Of a stretch of 64,000 nucleotides of DNA, positions 21,778-31,620 are shown piece after piece; position 1 is the first letter of the stretch, and every line of letters starts with the position of its first letter. Where the stretch lies: NCBI GenBank assembly GCA_023898565.1, contig CP060228.1, forward strand, positions 776,930 through 840,929, in the 5' to 3' direction. This stretch comes from Candidatus Nomurabacteria bacterium (lineage in GTDB: Bacteria; Patescibacteriota; Minisyncoccia; Phycocordibacterales; UBA918). Made by a program: the position numbers and the translations under genes. The notes beneath the pieces were generated by a model that was not told where the DNA came from, made no database searches, and saw only the letters and a list, made by a program, of their open reading frames with translations.

Positions 21778-23349
21778 ATGGCTGTGAATTTCCAAAAAGA
21801 AAAGGTAATGCATGATAGACTACTACGTATGAAACGAGCTCTTTCGGTCGTACTTTTCACAGCACTGCTTGCTACGTTCTTGCCTGTAGGCGTGTACGCT
21901 GCAGATCAGTCAGCTCCAAATATTTCTGGTGTGGAAGTAACTGATGTAACCGAAACCAGTGTCACGGTTACCTGGGAGACCGACGAAAATGCTGACTCAG
22001 CAGTAAACTATGGCCTCCAACCCGACTACGGTATCGTTCGTGTGCCGGTGGCTGATCGCACGACTCACTCTATTACGCTTGATAACCTTGAGCCTGGTCG
22101 TGTGTATTACTTCAGAGTAGTCTCAGCTGATGACAGTGGCAATCAAGGCATTTCAGCGGATTACCGCGTACAGACTTCGGGCACACCACAGACCGGTGAT
22201 GGTCAGTCGTCCTCAGATGGGCAGGGAACAGCTGCCGGTGATGGAAGTAGTTCGCAAACAGAGACGACCACCACCTCACAGACGCAGAGTCAGACAACCC
22301 AAGAAATTATTGAGCAAATTAACGAAATCACTAACCCCGAGCAGTTACAGGAAATTCTTAACGAAACCGTGAAGGCAATTGAGGGTATTACGGAGGATCT
22401 CACTATTGTGGGTCCGCCAACGGTAATCCCAGAAACAACCACTGCCATAGTAAAATGGACAACAGACCGTGAAGCAACGTCAAAAGTGCTCTTTTCAGCA
22501 ACTCGTGGCTTTGACGGAGTAAATTATGCGTATGCCCAAGAGTCAACCGCTGGCGATACTACCGAACATGAAGTACAGCTCATCGGTCTCACTGCTTTCA
22601 CTGATTATAGTTTCAAAGTGGTCTCTACTGATACGTTCGGTATTACTGGTGAAAGTCGTAATTACACCTTCCAGACCAAAGCAACAATGCCTGAGATTCG
22701 AAACTTGCGCGTGGTCAAGGTGGAAGAAAACTCAGCTACGCTGGCCTGGGACACAAATGTTCCAACCAAGGCGTTGGTTGAATATCAAGACCAAACCACT
22801 GGTGAACAACAGTCTGTCGGCCGTCCAACGCTAGCAACAACGCACCAGATGCGTTTGTCAGACCTTACGCTGGGTACTAGATACGTAGCCTTTGTGACTG
22901 CGGAAAACTCTGGTGGTGATCGCGTACGTAGTCAGCCAATTCAGTTCATTACCGTCCGAGACATTGCACCACCGATTATTACCAACGTGACTAATGAATC
23001 AACGTTATTCCCCGGGGGTGAGTCACGCATTCAGACGATTGTTGAATGGGATACCGACGAGCCAGCGTCGTGTCTTATGACATACCAGGAAGGTGTGGCT
23101 GGCGGTACTGATGCATATACGATTGAGAAAGAGCAAGTTGAGTATAAGACAAGCCATGTTGAAGTAGTAGTAGATTTTGCCCCGGCTACGGTGTATCAGT
23201 TTTACCTTGATTGTGTTGACGAAGCGGGGAATGACATTCGGTCAGAAAACTTTGTGCTGTTTACGCCAATTCAAGAAAAGAACATCATTGACTTGATTCT
23301 CGAAAACTTTGAATCAACCTTTGGATGGGTCAAAAATATCGGTGGCTAG
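21778..23349 (+). CDS. Secreted protein with four fibronectin type III (purple-acid-phosphatase N-terminal-like) domains. An alternative start at 21808 is possible
   Basis: The signal peptide is 'ALSVVLFTALLATFLPVGVYA'. FN3 blocks such as 'VTVTWETDENADSAVNYG...YYFRVVSADDSGN' repeat. Confidence 0.75.
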   Translation: MAVNFQKEKVMHDRLLRMKRALSVVLFTALLATFLPVGVYAADQSAPNISGVEVTDVTETSVTVTWETDENADSAVNYGLQPDYGIVRVPVADRTTHSITLDNLEPGRVYYFRVVSADDSGNQGISADYRVQTSGTPQTGDGQSSSDGQGTAAGDGSSSQTETTTTSQTQSQTTQEIIEQINEITNPEQLQEILNETVKAIEGITEDLTIVGPPTVIPETTTAIVKWTTDREATSKVLFSATRGFDGVNYAYAQESTAGDTTEHEVQLIGLTAFTDYSFKVVSTDTFGITGESRNYTFQTKATMPEIRNLRVVKVEENSATLAWDTNVPTKALVEYQDQTTGEQQSVGRPTLATTHQMRLSDLTLGTRYVAFVTAENSGGDRVRSQPIQFITVRDIAPPIITNVTNESTLFPGGESRIQTIVEWDTDEPASCLMTYQEGVAGGTDAYTIEKEQVEYKTSHVEVVVDFAPATVYQFYLDCVDEAGNDIRSENFVLFTPIQEKNIIDLILENFESTFGWVKNIGG

Positions 23350-23350
23350 A

Positions 23351-23382
23351 AAGAGTTGGGGATACCCCAACTCTTTCTTTTG
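23351..23382 (+). terminator. Rho-independent terminator after the FN3 gene
   Basis: A perfect hairpin AAAGAGTTGGGG-ATA-CCCCAACTCTTT is followed by CTTTTG. Confidence 0.7.
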
Positions 23383-23405
23383 CCGAAGAGTGCCATAATA
23401 GTGCT

Positions 23406-24728
23406 ATGGCAAAACCGCTCATTGTAGCTCGGGATCTTTCGATTATTTACAATCAGGGTAAATCGAATGAATTTAAAGCCCTGCAAGGGGTGAATACTGA
23501 CATCTACGAAGGTGAGTACATTATTTTGTTCGGTCCGTCAGGCTGTGGAAAATCTACACTCATGTACTCCATTCAAGGTTCTTTACCGCCAGGTGAGGGA
23601 ACGCTTCTTATCAAGGGTGATGACGTGTATGCGTATCCGCCTGCAGAGCGCGTGTATTTTCAGCGCCACGTGATGGGTATTATTTTTCAGCAATTCAACC
23701 TCATCATGTCACTATCAGTGCTTGATAACGTGGCTCTGCCAATGATTTTTTGCGATGCCGATAAAGCAACGAGAGAACGACGTGCCCAGGCTCTGCTTGA
23801 TCGTTTTGGGGTAGGACATGTTTCCCATAAGCTGCCCATGATGCTCTCTGGAGGACAGCAGCAGCGTGTGTCAGTAGCGCGGTCAATGGTTAACGACCCT
23901 AAAATTCTTTTGGCTGACGAGCCAACGGGAAACCTCGACTCGGTTTCTACGCAACAGGTGATGGATAAAATTGACGAAATTAACACGTTTGATCGCCGAA
24001 CGATTATCATGGTGTCACATAATGCGGCGCATCTTAGTTATGCGCACCGTGTGTACTATCTAAAAGATGGTTGGATTTTACGCGAGGTCGTCAATCCGCA
24101 ACGAAAGCAAATCAAGCCTGTAAATGAGGGAGAGACAATTGTAACTGAGCTTGAGCAGCTTGCCCGTTTGTATCCGTACGATTCGGTGGAGACATGGCGC
24201 GTTAAAAGTATGGTTAATTTTTTAACCCAACAATATACATTTGATCAGCTTGGCAAGCTTGAGCGTGCAATCAATTTCTTCATCCAAGGCAAAATTGACC
24301 GGGACGCTTTCATAAAGGCTCTCATGATGCCGCTTGAGCGAGGAGGAGTCGAGATTTCGGAAAAAGAAGCACGTCACATGGCTGGCGTGGTGGCAAAGAT
24401 GATGGATCAGGCAGCCGACGTGCGAAGGTTTAGAGCGAGAAAAGAAAATGACAACGTGTTCTTTAGTCAGCATAAGCTTGCAGAGCGTCTAAAGGAACAT
24501 TTATTGCACCAGTATCATATTAAGCTTACCAAAGAACAAGATACCAACATGACCGAGCTCATTGCTGACCGTGTGACGGGCGTAATCGAGGAACCTGCTA
24601 TGAACGAACGAATGTTGCAAGGTATTCGAGCTGGCGGACTCGGCCTGTCTGAGCGTGAAGCCGATGATCTTACTCGATACTTTGAAAAAGTCATCGCTCA
24701 AGGCGTTGATGTAGACTATAAGAAATAA
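23406..24728 (+). CDS. ABC transporter ATP-binding protein (MacB/LolD/FtsE-like) with a C-terminal extension of about 215 aa and unknown function
   Basis: It has Walker A 'GPSGCGKST', signature 'LSGGQQQRVSVARSM' and Walker B 'LLADEPTGNLD'. The start at 23406 is preferred because the upstream ATG at 23325 lies before the terminator hairpin. Confidence 0.85.
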   Translation: MAKPLIVARDLSIIYNQGKSNEFKALQGVNTDIYEGEYIILFGPSGCGKSTLMYSIQGSLPPGEGTLLIKGDDVYAYPPAERVYFQRHVMGIIFQQFNLIMSLSVLDNVALPMIFCDADKATRERRAQALLDRFGVGHVSHKLPMMLSGGQQQRVSVARSMVNDPKILLADEPTGNLDSVSTQQVMDKIDEINTFDRRTIIMVSHNAAHLSYAHRVYYLKDGWILREVVNPQRKQIKPVNEGETIVTELEQLARLYPYDSVETWRVKSMVNFLTQQYTFDQLGKLERAINFFIQGKIDRDAFIKALMMPLERGGVEISEKEARHMAGVVAKMMDQAADVRRFRARKENDNVFFSQHKLAERLKEHLLHQYHIKLTKEQDTNMTELIADRVTGVIEEPAMNERMLQGIRAGGLGLSEREADDLTRYFEKVIAQGVDVDYKK

Positions 24729-24730
24729 TT

Positions 24731-25945
24731 ATGCGTGTACAAGATCTTGCATCACTCTCCACTCGAATGTTTAAAACGAACCCAATGCGTACGTGGTTGA
24801 CGATTCTTGGTATGGGAGTAGGGACCGGAGCCGTGGTAGTTTTGGTGGGACTCGGTTTCGGTTTGCAGCAAATTATTTTGGAGCAAATTGTGTTCGGTGA
24901 AACGCTGCTTTCGCTCGGTGTTTCCTCTACCGGAGCACAAGGCCTACGTCTTACGCCAGAAACAGTAACGAGCTTTGAAAATATGACTGAAGTGCTTGAC
25001 GCTGCGCCGCTGGCACGTTTTCCGGCACTTATTACCTTTAAGGGTCTTACCGGCAACGTTTTCGTGCAAGGAGTCGAACCACCATATTTGCGCTACGCTG
25101 GTGTGACCGCACAAGCTGGCACGGTGTTTACTGATGAAGATGCTGGAGACGCTAATTCAATCATGATTTCACCAGCAACCCTTAAGTTGTTTGGTGTGGC
25201 TGATGACGAGATGGATAGTTTTATTGGCCAAAAAGTTTCTATTCGTCTTCTGGTGCCTGCAAATGATGGAACGGACAACGTAAACGAAATTCTGATTGAT
25301 AAAGAGTACACCGTGAGAGGCATCACCAAAGAGGAGGCTGTTTTGAACGTCATGATGATGTTGCCAGAATTGCGTAATCACGTCGGTATTGAAGAGTACG
25401 AGCGCATACAGGTGCGTGTGGATACGAATGAAAATCTGCCAATCGTAGAAGAACGCTTGATTGAAGAGGGGTATAGAGTGTCAGCTCTCTCCAAGACAGT
25501 GGAGCAGGCGTCAAAAATCTTCCAGGGTATCCAGGTGGTACTTGCCACGTTCGGAGGTATTGCCCTCGTTGTGTCTGCTATTGGTATGTTCAACACGATG
25601 ACCGTTACTTTGCTCGAGCGTACTAAAGAAATTGGAATCATGCGTACTATCGGTGCCTCGCCTAATGATGTGAAATATCTCTTCGTGTCGGAGTCTATTG
25701 TGGTAGGTTTTCTCGGCGGTCTTAGCGGTATTTTGATGGGGGTCGTTCTGGGGGTGACGGTGAATGTTTTCCTCAATATTGTGGCTGGACAATTTGGTGG
25801 CCAGTCGGTAAGGCTGTTCTCATTCCCACTGGACTTTTTGAGCTTTATTGCACTTTTTTCTGCGGCTGTAGGATACTTGACCGGTATTTTCCCAGCCAGC
25901 CGTGCATCAAAACTAAACCCGCTTGATGCAATCAGATATGAGTAG
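24731..25945 (+). CDS. ABC transporter permease of the FtsX/MacB family (N-terminal TM, large extracytoplasmic domain, C-terminal FtsX 3-TM bundle)
   Basis: The C-terminal motif is 'ERTKEIGIMRTIGASPNDVKYLF...'. It lies 2 nt downstream of the ATPase stop. Confidence 0.85.
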   Translation: MRVQDLASLSTRMFKTNPMRTWLTILGMGVGTGAVVVLVGLGFGLQQIILEQIVFGETLLSLGVSSTGAQGLRLTPETVTSFENMTEVLDAAPLARFPALITFKGLTGNVFVQGVEPPYLRYAGVTAQAGTVFTDEDAGDANSIMISPATLKLFGVADDEMDSFIGQKVSIRLLVPANDGTDNVNEILIDKEYTVRGITKEEAVLNVMMMLPELRNHVGIEEYERIQVRVDTNENLPIVEERLIEEGYRVSALSKTVEQASKIFQGIQVVLATFGGIALVVSAIGMFNTMTVTLLERTKEIGIMRTIGASPNDVKYLFVSESIVVGFLGGLSGILMGVVLGVTVNVFLNIVAGQFGGQSVRLFSFPLDFLSFIALFSAAVGYLTGIFPASRASKLNPLDAIRYE

Positions 25946-26057
25946 TGGATAGGCGCAGCGTTATCCACAGAAAGTTCATTTCTCTGTGTATAACTCGTCA
26001 TCGAGGGAAGAAGTTATCGTTACAATGTTAGTAAAAGTAATTTAGAAATTTATTGTT

Positions 26058-27941
26058 ATGTCGTACAACCGAGAAGAGCTTCCGCGCTACGTGCGCACAG
26101 CAGGGAAGATAACGATCGTTACCGCCTTAGCTGGTTTATTAGTGTTTATGGTCGCATTTATGTTTGATGTGGGGACACAGGAATTCAATCGTGTGTCTGC
26201 ACAGACAGCTACTACGACTCTAACCGTGCTTAATACGCCGCCGCAATTTACCTTAAATGCACATGAGCAGACAGAGTCGTCAACCTCAACCCCGACCAAC
26301 TCTGGTGATCAGATTGTCTGGAACGCAATTGGAGAGGATAGTAACGGTGCACCGTATTTCTTGCTCATTTGCAGCACTAATGCGTCACCAACTGCCAATC
26401 AGGCAGCTGATGCTGGAAGTCTGGGAACAGCGCCGCCTGACTGTGGTGTAGGTGCGACGCAGTGGGCCGTTTCCACTAGTACGACAAGTGGGGCAGTAGC
26501 AACAGCTGCAACAACCACGACTGAAGCTGCGCCATTCGCAGAAATTCAAGAGTGGTACGCGTGGGTATGTGACGACGACCCATTCAATCCGCGATGTAAC
26601 AATATTCCAGTCCAGGGTTACAGCGCAACAAATTCATCTCCGTTCAACGTAAATAGTCGTCCTGTACTCACCGATTTCGGTAACGATGGACCAGCTGATC
26701 CTGGAGCTACTCTCGTATTCCACTCAACATCATCCGACCCGGATGTGGTTGGTGGGGAAGATGCAATCTATCTTGTGGTTTGTAGCTCAAACACTGACTA
26801 CAATGCCACACTCAACACTTGTCCAAACGATTTTATCGCTTCAACTACCATTACTATTTTGAGTGATGCTTCGGCAACCTACACATTGCCAGCAATCATT
26901 CGAGATGATACATACGCTGCCTATGGGTACATTGTGGATGAACACGGCCACGAAGCTACTGCTAACCCGCTTAACCAGGACTTTGATGTAAACAACGTTG
27001 CTCCGGTGGTATTGAGTGGAGACATTGATCTCAACGGTGGTTCTGATATCACGCTCACTATTCCAGCTGGTGAAACACCAAGTACGACACTTGATTTCAC
27101 CATTAGAGATGCTAATAGCTGTTTAACGGCAGCTTCAACTACTGATGAAATCGCTAGCTTCACCGTATCGATTTTCCGGTCTGGTGTCGGAACAACAACC
27201 TGTGATGGAAGCGCTGGTTCATATGATCCAAACAACTGTTATCCAAGCGGTGTGCCAACTGCAACCTGGAACCTTTCTTGTACTGCTACCACCACCTGTG
27301 CAAGTCCACTTCAGGACTACATGGATTACACGTGTGAATTCCCGCTCTGGTTTATTGCAGATCCTACCGACTCTGGTCCTGAAACACCAGCTGCACTTGC
27401 TGCACAAAATTGGTCAGCCGGTGTGTCTGGGACCGACGATGATGGTTTGACGGGTCCAATGTCAACGACCTCAAATCCTGTTGAATTAAATAGCTTTACT
27501 GCCATTGATATTGAAAGTGCCCAGATTGCCTATGGATCAATTGAGCCAGGAAGTGATTCTGGTACACTGTCTGCAACTTCATCGGCGCTCAATGTGGGAA
27601 ATACAGGCCTTGACCAGGAAGTCCGTGGAGATTCAATGTGTGGCACCTATAGTCCATCTACACCATGTAGCAATTCAGCTACTTCTACAATTCCTGACGA
27701 TCAGCAGAAGTTCGCCTCTACCTCGTTGTCATACGCAAGTGGGTTGGCTTTCGCGCTGTCTTCTACCACAAACCAGGAAGTAGAACTTAACATTCCAAAA
27801 ACAACAGGTACTTCAAGTGCCTCTTGGGAACAAGATTATACTTACTGGGGTATCGCAGTTCCGGTAGCGATTACTCTTGCCGGTAACTACCAAGGCCTTA
27901 ACACCTTTACTGCAGTGACTGCAGAAGCAATCGACTGGTAA
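26058..27941 (+). CDS. Secreted surface protein (627 aa) whose C-terminal domain of about 150 aa is homologous to the C-terminus of the giant protein (WxL-like?)
   Basis: It has an N-terminal signal/anchor. Its C-terminus 'DYTYWGIAVPVAITLAGNYQGLNTFTAVTAEAIDW' matches 'DEIYWGIEVPFGIASNPHNGVNTFTAISD' at the end of the giant ORF. Confidence 0.7.
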   Translation: MSYNREELPRYVRTAGKITIVTALAGLLVFMVAFMFDVGTQEFNRVSAQTATTTLTVLNTPPQFTLNAHEQTESSTSTPTNSGDQIVWNAIGEDSNGAPYFLLICSTNASPTANQAADAGSLGTAPPDCGVGATQWAVSTSTTSGAVATAATTTTEAAPFAEIQEWYAWVCDDDPFNPRCNNIPVQGYSATNSSPFNVNSRPVLTDFGNDGPADPGATLVFHSTSSDPDVVGGEDAIYLVVCSSNTDYNATLNTCPNDFIASTTITILSDASATYTLPAIIRDDTYAAYGYIVDEHGHEATANPLNQDFDVNNVAPVVLSGDIDLNGGSDITLTIPAGETPSTTLDFTIRDANSCLTAASTTDEIASFTVSIFRSGVGTTTCDGSAGSYDPNNCYPSGVPTATWNLSCTATTTCASPLQDYMDYTCEFPLWFIADPTDSGPETPAALAAQNWSAGVSGTDDDGLTGPMSTTSNPVELNSFTAIDIESAQIAYGSIEPGSDSGTLSATSSALNVGNTGLDQEVRGDSMCGTYSPSTPCSNSATSTIPDDQQKFASTSLSYASGLAFALSSTTNQEVELNIPKTTGTSSASWEQDYTYWGIAVPVAITLAGNYQGLNTFTAVTAEAIDW

Positions 27942-27964
27942 CGCATATCTCCAATTAGCACAAA

Positions 27965-28005
27965 AGCAACAGCCACTGTTATCCAGCAGTGGCTGTTGCT
28001 TTTTA
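27965..28005 (+). terminator. Rho-independent terminator
   Basis: The 13-bp perfect stem GCAACAGCCACTG / CAGTGGCTGTTGC has loop TTATCCAG and is followed by TTTTT. Confidence 0.8.
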
Positions 28006-28037
28006 GGTACTTTTTATCGATAATATGTAGCATACAC

Positions 28038-28994
28038 ATGAATAGGGTTGTGCAAAATTTCGTGATGCTTGTTCTTTTTTTACCTGTGCTTTTTTTTAGC
28101 ATGGGTGCGCAGCATGTATTTGCTGGCTTTGGTATCACACCGCCGTATGTGCGAAATACAAGCCTAACTCGCAATTCAACGTACGAGCAGCAGATTCTTC
28201 TCGTTCGCAGTGACACGAATGTCGGGCAGATAGCTGAAATTTCTGTTGATGCTCCAGAAATTGAAAGTTGGATACAAATCGTTGAAGGTGAAGAAATTCA
28301 CATGCCCAAGGGTGCTCAAAAAGTGCCAATGACAGTGCGAGTTACAGTACCGTCTGACGCTGAATTTAAGGATTACGAGGGTGCCATTCGCATCCGTACA
28401 CTACCTGAAGATGGGAAGGTGTCACCGGGAGCTGTCAGTATTTCCCTCGGCGCACTGGTAGATATTAGTCTCTCTGTTATTGATAAACAAATCAAAGATT
28501 TTCGTGTTCGCAAAATTTCAGCGGCAGATTTAAACGAAGGACACAAAGTAGCCTGGCTCTATTTTCCGGGAAAAATTGATTTTGACATGATGATTGAGAA
28601 TACCGGTAACGTGGACATTGCACCGTCGAAAATTGAATTTAGAATTTTTGATAGAGCAGGTAAGGTGTTACTTGAAGAAACAAAAAACATCGGAAAGCTT
28701 GTAAAGGTTGCGCCGTATGGAACAGAGACAATTACCGCAGAGCTCCCGACTAGGCTTCCAGCCGGTAGTTATGTCGCTAGATACAGAATCTTCAATGGTG
28801 AGGACATTAAGCAGGAAGGAGACATTAGCTTAAATATCCTTGCGTACGGCACATTGCAGACAGCAGGTTTTGGTTTCATTGGTCTTTCTTTTGCTCACAA
28901 GATTTCAGTACTTCTTCCAATCTTCGCACTTGTTATTGCCGGTATTTACGCGTGGCAGTCACGACAAAAGGATAAAGTTCGTCGTCGCAGGTAA
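28038..28994 (+). CDS. CscA-like (DUF916/DUF3324-like) cell-surface protein with a signal peptide and a C-terminal TM anchor plus basic tail
   Basis: The signal peptide is followed by 'FGITPPYV...' and a 'DYEGAIRIRT' motif reminiscent of DUF916. The C-terminus is 'LLPIFALVIAGIYAWQSRQKDKVRRRR'. It is paralogous to the genes at 44196 and 45187. The family assignment is from memory. Confidence 0.55.
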   Translation: MNRVVQNFVMLVLFLPVLFFSMGAQHVFAGFGITPPYVRNTSLTRNSTYEQQILLVRSDTNVGQIAEISVDAPEIESWIQIVEGEEIHMPKGAQKVPMTVRVTVPSDAEFKDYEGAIRIRTLPEDGKVSPGAVSISLGALVDISLSVIDKQIKDFRVRKISAADLNEGHKVAWLYFPGKIDFDMMIENTGNVDIAPSKIEFRIFDRAGKVLLEETKNIGKLVKVAPYGTETITAELPTRLPAGSYVARYRIFNGEDIKQEGDISLNILAYGTLQTAGFGFIGLSFAHKISVLLPIFALVIAGIYAWQSRQKDKVRRRR

Positions 28995-28996
28995 GT

Positions 28997-30103
28997 ATGA
29001 AGTACCTCTTCTTTTTCTTCACCCTAAACATTCTTGTGGTGCCAACTTTTCTGCTGGCAGCAACACTCGATTACGCAACTACTACGCTAAGTGTAAGTAT
29101 TTGTGGAAACTCTATTGTGGATTCGGGCGAACAGTGCGATGTGCCTGGAGAGACTGGAGTGTACAGTCAAACAATTGCAGGTAGGCAGTGTACAGCTTCC
29201 TGCAATTTTGGTCCGTACTGTGGTGACGGTATTCTCCAGACCGTACACGGAGAAGAGTGTGATGATGGTAATAATGATAACGGTGATTTTTGCTCCGCGC
29301 TTTGTAAAATTGAGCCAGCAGGTTCTGGCGGCGGCGGTTCGTCTGGCGGCGGTTCGTCTGGCGGCGGCGGAAGCTCAAAAAGTGTTGGTGATACTTTAAT
29401 CAGCATCATCGGAAGAGCGTATCCCTCTCGTACAATAAACTTTCTTCTTGATACAGAGACCGTAGGCACGGTTCGTTCAGGCAGTGACGGACGTTTTGAA
29501 TTTACAACCGAGGCAGATCCAGGCACAGCTACGTTAGGCATCTGGGCTAATGACGATAGTGGTAACCGCTCAATCACTCTTAACAACACGTTTGATGTAA
29601 CGCAAGGCGCAATTACAAACATCAATGGTGTCATTCTGCCGCCAACCATTTCTGTGCCCAGCCAGAATGTTGATCCGGGTGCTGCGGTAACAGTGTCGGG
29701 ACAAAGTGTGCCAGGGTCAACCGTAGAACTGCATGTTGACAATAGTTCACTTATTGAAAAAGCAACGGCGGGTAGCGACGGTAAGTGGAGTATTCTTTTT
29801 GACACCTCTAAGATTTCAATAGCCGAACACACGCTGCGTGCTCGTACTATTACTGATACACCCCCACTTACTACCAATAGTAGCTTTAGTGCCTCACTGC
29901 AGCTGTTTGTTGGTGTTGAAGGTCGCGCGACCACGCCATCTGATCTTAATCGTGATGGGTTCATAAACTTGATTGACTTTTCTATTCTGATTTTCTGGTG
30001 GCAGACTGACGGCGGTGACTCAAATCCACCAGCAGATATCAATGGTAATGGGCGAGTGAGTCTGGAAGACTTTTCTATTTTACTTTTCAACTGGAGTGGC
30101 TAA
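28997..30103 (+). CDS. Secreted protein with two Myxococcus-type cysteine-rich repeats, a Gly/Ser linker, Ig-like domains and a C-terminal dockerin-like domain
   Basis: The cysteine-rich repeats read 'CGDGILQTVHGEECDDGNNDNGDFCSALC'. The linker is GSGGGGSSGGGSSGGGGSS. The dockerin-like Ca-binding repeats are 'DLNRDGFINLIDFSIL' and 'DINGNGRVSLEDFSILLFNW'. Confidence 0.7.
   Translation: MKYLFFFFTLNILVVPTFLLAATLDYATTTLSVSICGNSIVDSGEQCDVPGETGVYSQTIAGRQCTASCNFGPYCGDGILQTVHGEECDDGNNDNGDFCSALCKIEPAGSGGGGSSGGGSSGGGGSSKSVGDTLISIIGRAYPSRTINFLLDTETVGTVRSGSDGRFEFTTEADPGTATLGIWANDDSGNRSITLNNTFDVTQGAITNINGVILPPTISVPSQNVDPGAAVTVSGQSVPGSTVELHVDNSSLIEKATAGSDGKWSILFDTSKISIAEHTLRARTITDTPPLTTNSSFSASLQLFVGVEGRATTPSDLNRDGFINLIDFSILIFWWQTDGGDSNPPADINGNGRVSLEDFSILLFNWSG
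29321..29377 (+). repeat. Tandem nucleotide repeat (ggcggcggttcgtct x2 plus variants) encoding the Gly/Ser linker
   Basis: It is directly visible as 'ggcggcggcggttcgtctggcggcggttcgtctggcggcggcgg'. Confidence 0.8.
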
Positions 30104-30430
30104 CACCTGCCTTGCGGCAGGTTTTGCCGTTTTTATAAACTCATGAATGAATGTGTGAAATTATGCATTTCAGAAATAAAATTTTGTGAATAAACTAATT
30201 TTTAAAAAAACTCTTGCGGTAAAATTAAGTTGTACTTGCAAAGGAGGTAATCAATTAGCATTACTGCTTGTATCACATACGAGGGCACTTCAGCCGAGTG
30301 TTACTTTGTAGGTATGCTTACAGTGTATTTTGTTGTAGTCGGAGTGGAGACCGTACTACACGCATGGGTTTTTGCCCATCTGTTTTTACACCACAAAAAC
30401 AGGCTGTGAGTCTAATACAACGTAGAGTAT
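30104..30430 (+). promoter_or_regulatory. AT-rich upstream region of 327 nt (putative promoter plus long 5' leader) with an orphan strong Shine-Dalgarno sequence (AAGGAGGT at 30241-30248) that is not followed by a start codon
   Basis: It is very AT-rich (tttttaaaaaaa, taaaat). The SD-like element lies about 180 nt upstream of the ATG at 30431. The -10-like TAGAGT sits 3 nt before the ATG. Confidence 0.35.
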
Positions 30431-31588
30431 ATGCACAGAGCGTCCAACGCGTTCACTGTGCTCCAAGCTACCGCAGCTATCGTAGCTACAGCAATCATTT
30501 TTTGGTCGCTTGGCTTACCAACATTCCGCTTTGCGGAAGCTGCAAATGTCACGACGTTTAGCAACACCCTTTCTAGCTCTGCTCCAGCAGCAGCCGCTGA
30601 CCATACCATTGCGTTCACTACTCCAACCGGAGTGGCCAACGGAGAAACAATCACGGTTGATTTCTCAGATGGACCGTTTGTGGTTGGTTCAGTCGACTTC
30701 ACTGATATTGATGTAGCCACATCATCTGGTGAGTTCTCACTGGCAGCTGATTGTTCAGGCTCAGAAATGGCTAGCGCTGCTTTTTCAGGCACAACTCTCA
30801 CCATCACTATGTGTGCTGGTGACGGCAGCTTGATCGCAGCAAATGGAACCACAACGATTGAGATTGGTACTAATGCTACAAACCAAACTCTTGGTGATCA
30901 GCAACTAACCAATCCAGCAGCTGGTTCATACGAAATCAACCTTACTGCAGGTTCTGTTGATACAGGCGCAACACGTGTTGCAATTGTTGAAACAGTTACT
31001 GTTACCGCTTCAGTTGACACCCAGTTTACATTTACAGTAACTGGCGTTGCTGGAGGTCAAACAGTTAACGGTGAAACCACTGGCGGTACAACGACAGCAA
31101 CTACCATTCCATTTGGTCAGCTGGAAATTGATACCGCGAGTACTGCAGCACAGGATTTGGTTGTTGTGACCAACGCACGTAATGGTTTTGTTGTAACGGT
31201 AGAGGCAGATCAACAGCTTACATCGTCTAATGGTGCTGATATCGACAGCTTCCGCAACGGTAACGGAGATACTACTCCAACCGCCTGGGAAGCACCGTCA
31301 CAGACGCTTGGCGATGAAGATACATACGGTCACTGGGGTATTACATCTGATGACGACACATTGACATCAGGTCTCACCAATCCGTTCAATGTTGGTTCTG
31401 GCGGCGATCGATTCGCAGCCGTACTGACTACGCCAACAGAAGTATTTCGTCACACTGGGCCATCAAATGGTACAACACAGGGTGAAGGAACCACTCGAGT
31501 TGGTTACAAGGTCGAGGTTTCCTCACTACAGGAAGCTGCCGACGACTACACTGCTACACTGACATATGTAGCAACGCCGGTTTTCTAG
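30431..31588 (+). CDS. Secreted surface protein (385 aa), T/G/S-rich, with a C-terminal WxL-like motif 'DDYTATLTYVATPVF'. It has its own promoter region and a strong terminator, so it may be an abundant surface component
   Basis: The signal peptide reads 'AIVATAIIFWSLGLPTFRFAEA'. The C-terminus is colinear with the end of the 2,063-aa protein ('GDYTADLQYIVIPVF'). Confidence 0.65.
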   Translation: MHRASNAFTVLQATAAIVATAIIFWSLGLPTFRFAEAANVTTFSNTLSSSAPAAAADHTIAFTTPTGVANGETITVDFSDGPFVVGSVDFTDIDVATSSGEFSLAADCSGSEMASAAFSGTTLTITMCAGDGSLIAANGTTTIEIGTNATNQTLGDQQLTNPAAGSYEINLTAGSVDTGATRVAIVETVTVTASVDTQFTFTVTGVAGGQTVNGETTGGTTTATTIPFGQLEIDTASTAAQDLVVVTNARNGFVVTVEADQQLTSSNGADIDSFRNGNGDTTPTAWEAPSQTLGDEDTYGHWGITSDDDTLTSGLTNPFNVGSGGDRFAAVLTTPTEVFRHTGPSNGTTQGEGTTRVGYKVEVSSLQEAADDYTATLTYVATPVF

Positions 31589-31620
31589 TAAAATTGGCTT
31601 CAAGCTTGGAGTTAACAAAC

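Noticed and set aside
23325-23405. ATG at 23325 as the ABC ATPase start (overlapping the FN3 gene)
   Set aside because: A strong terminator hairpin (23351-23382) lies between it and the conserved ATPase N-terminus. The ATG at 23406 (MAKPLIV...) after the terminator is more plausible.
25378-26001. 207-aa minus-strand ORF antisense to the FtsX permease gene
   Set aside because: The sense frame encodes a canonical FtsX/MacB permease. The antisense product has no motif.
29167-30090. 307-aa minus-strand ORF antisense to the Cys-rich/dockerin gene
   Set aside because: The sense frame has a signal peptide, Cys-rich repeats and dockerin EF-hand repeats. The antisense ORF is rich in Pro, Ser and Arg, typical of reverse-frame artefacts of GC-rich Gly/Ser-coding DNA.
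30268-30561. 97-aa + ORF in the leader of the 385-aa surface protein gene
   Set aside because: It is in a different frame, overlaps the start of the real gene, begins with a non-ATG codon 19 nt from the SD-like element and is rich in Cys, Arg and Ser with no features.
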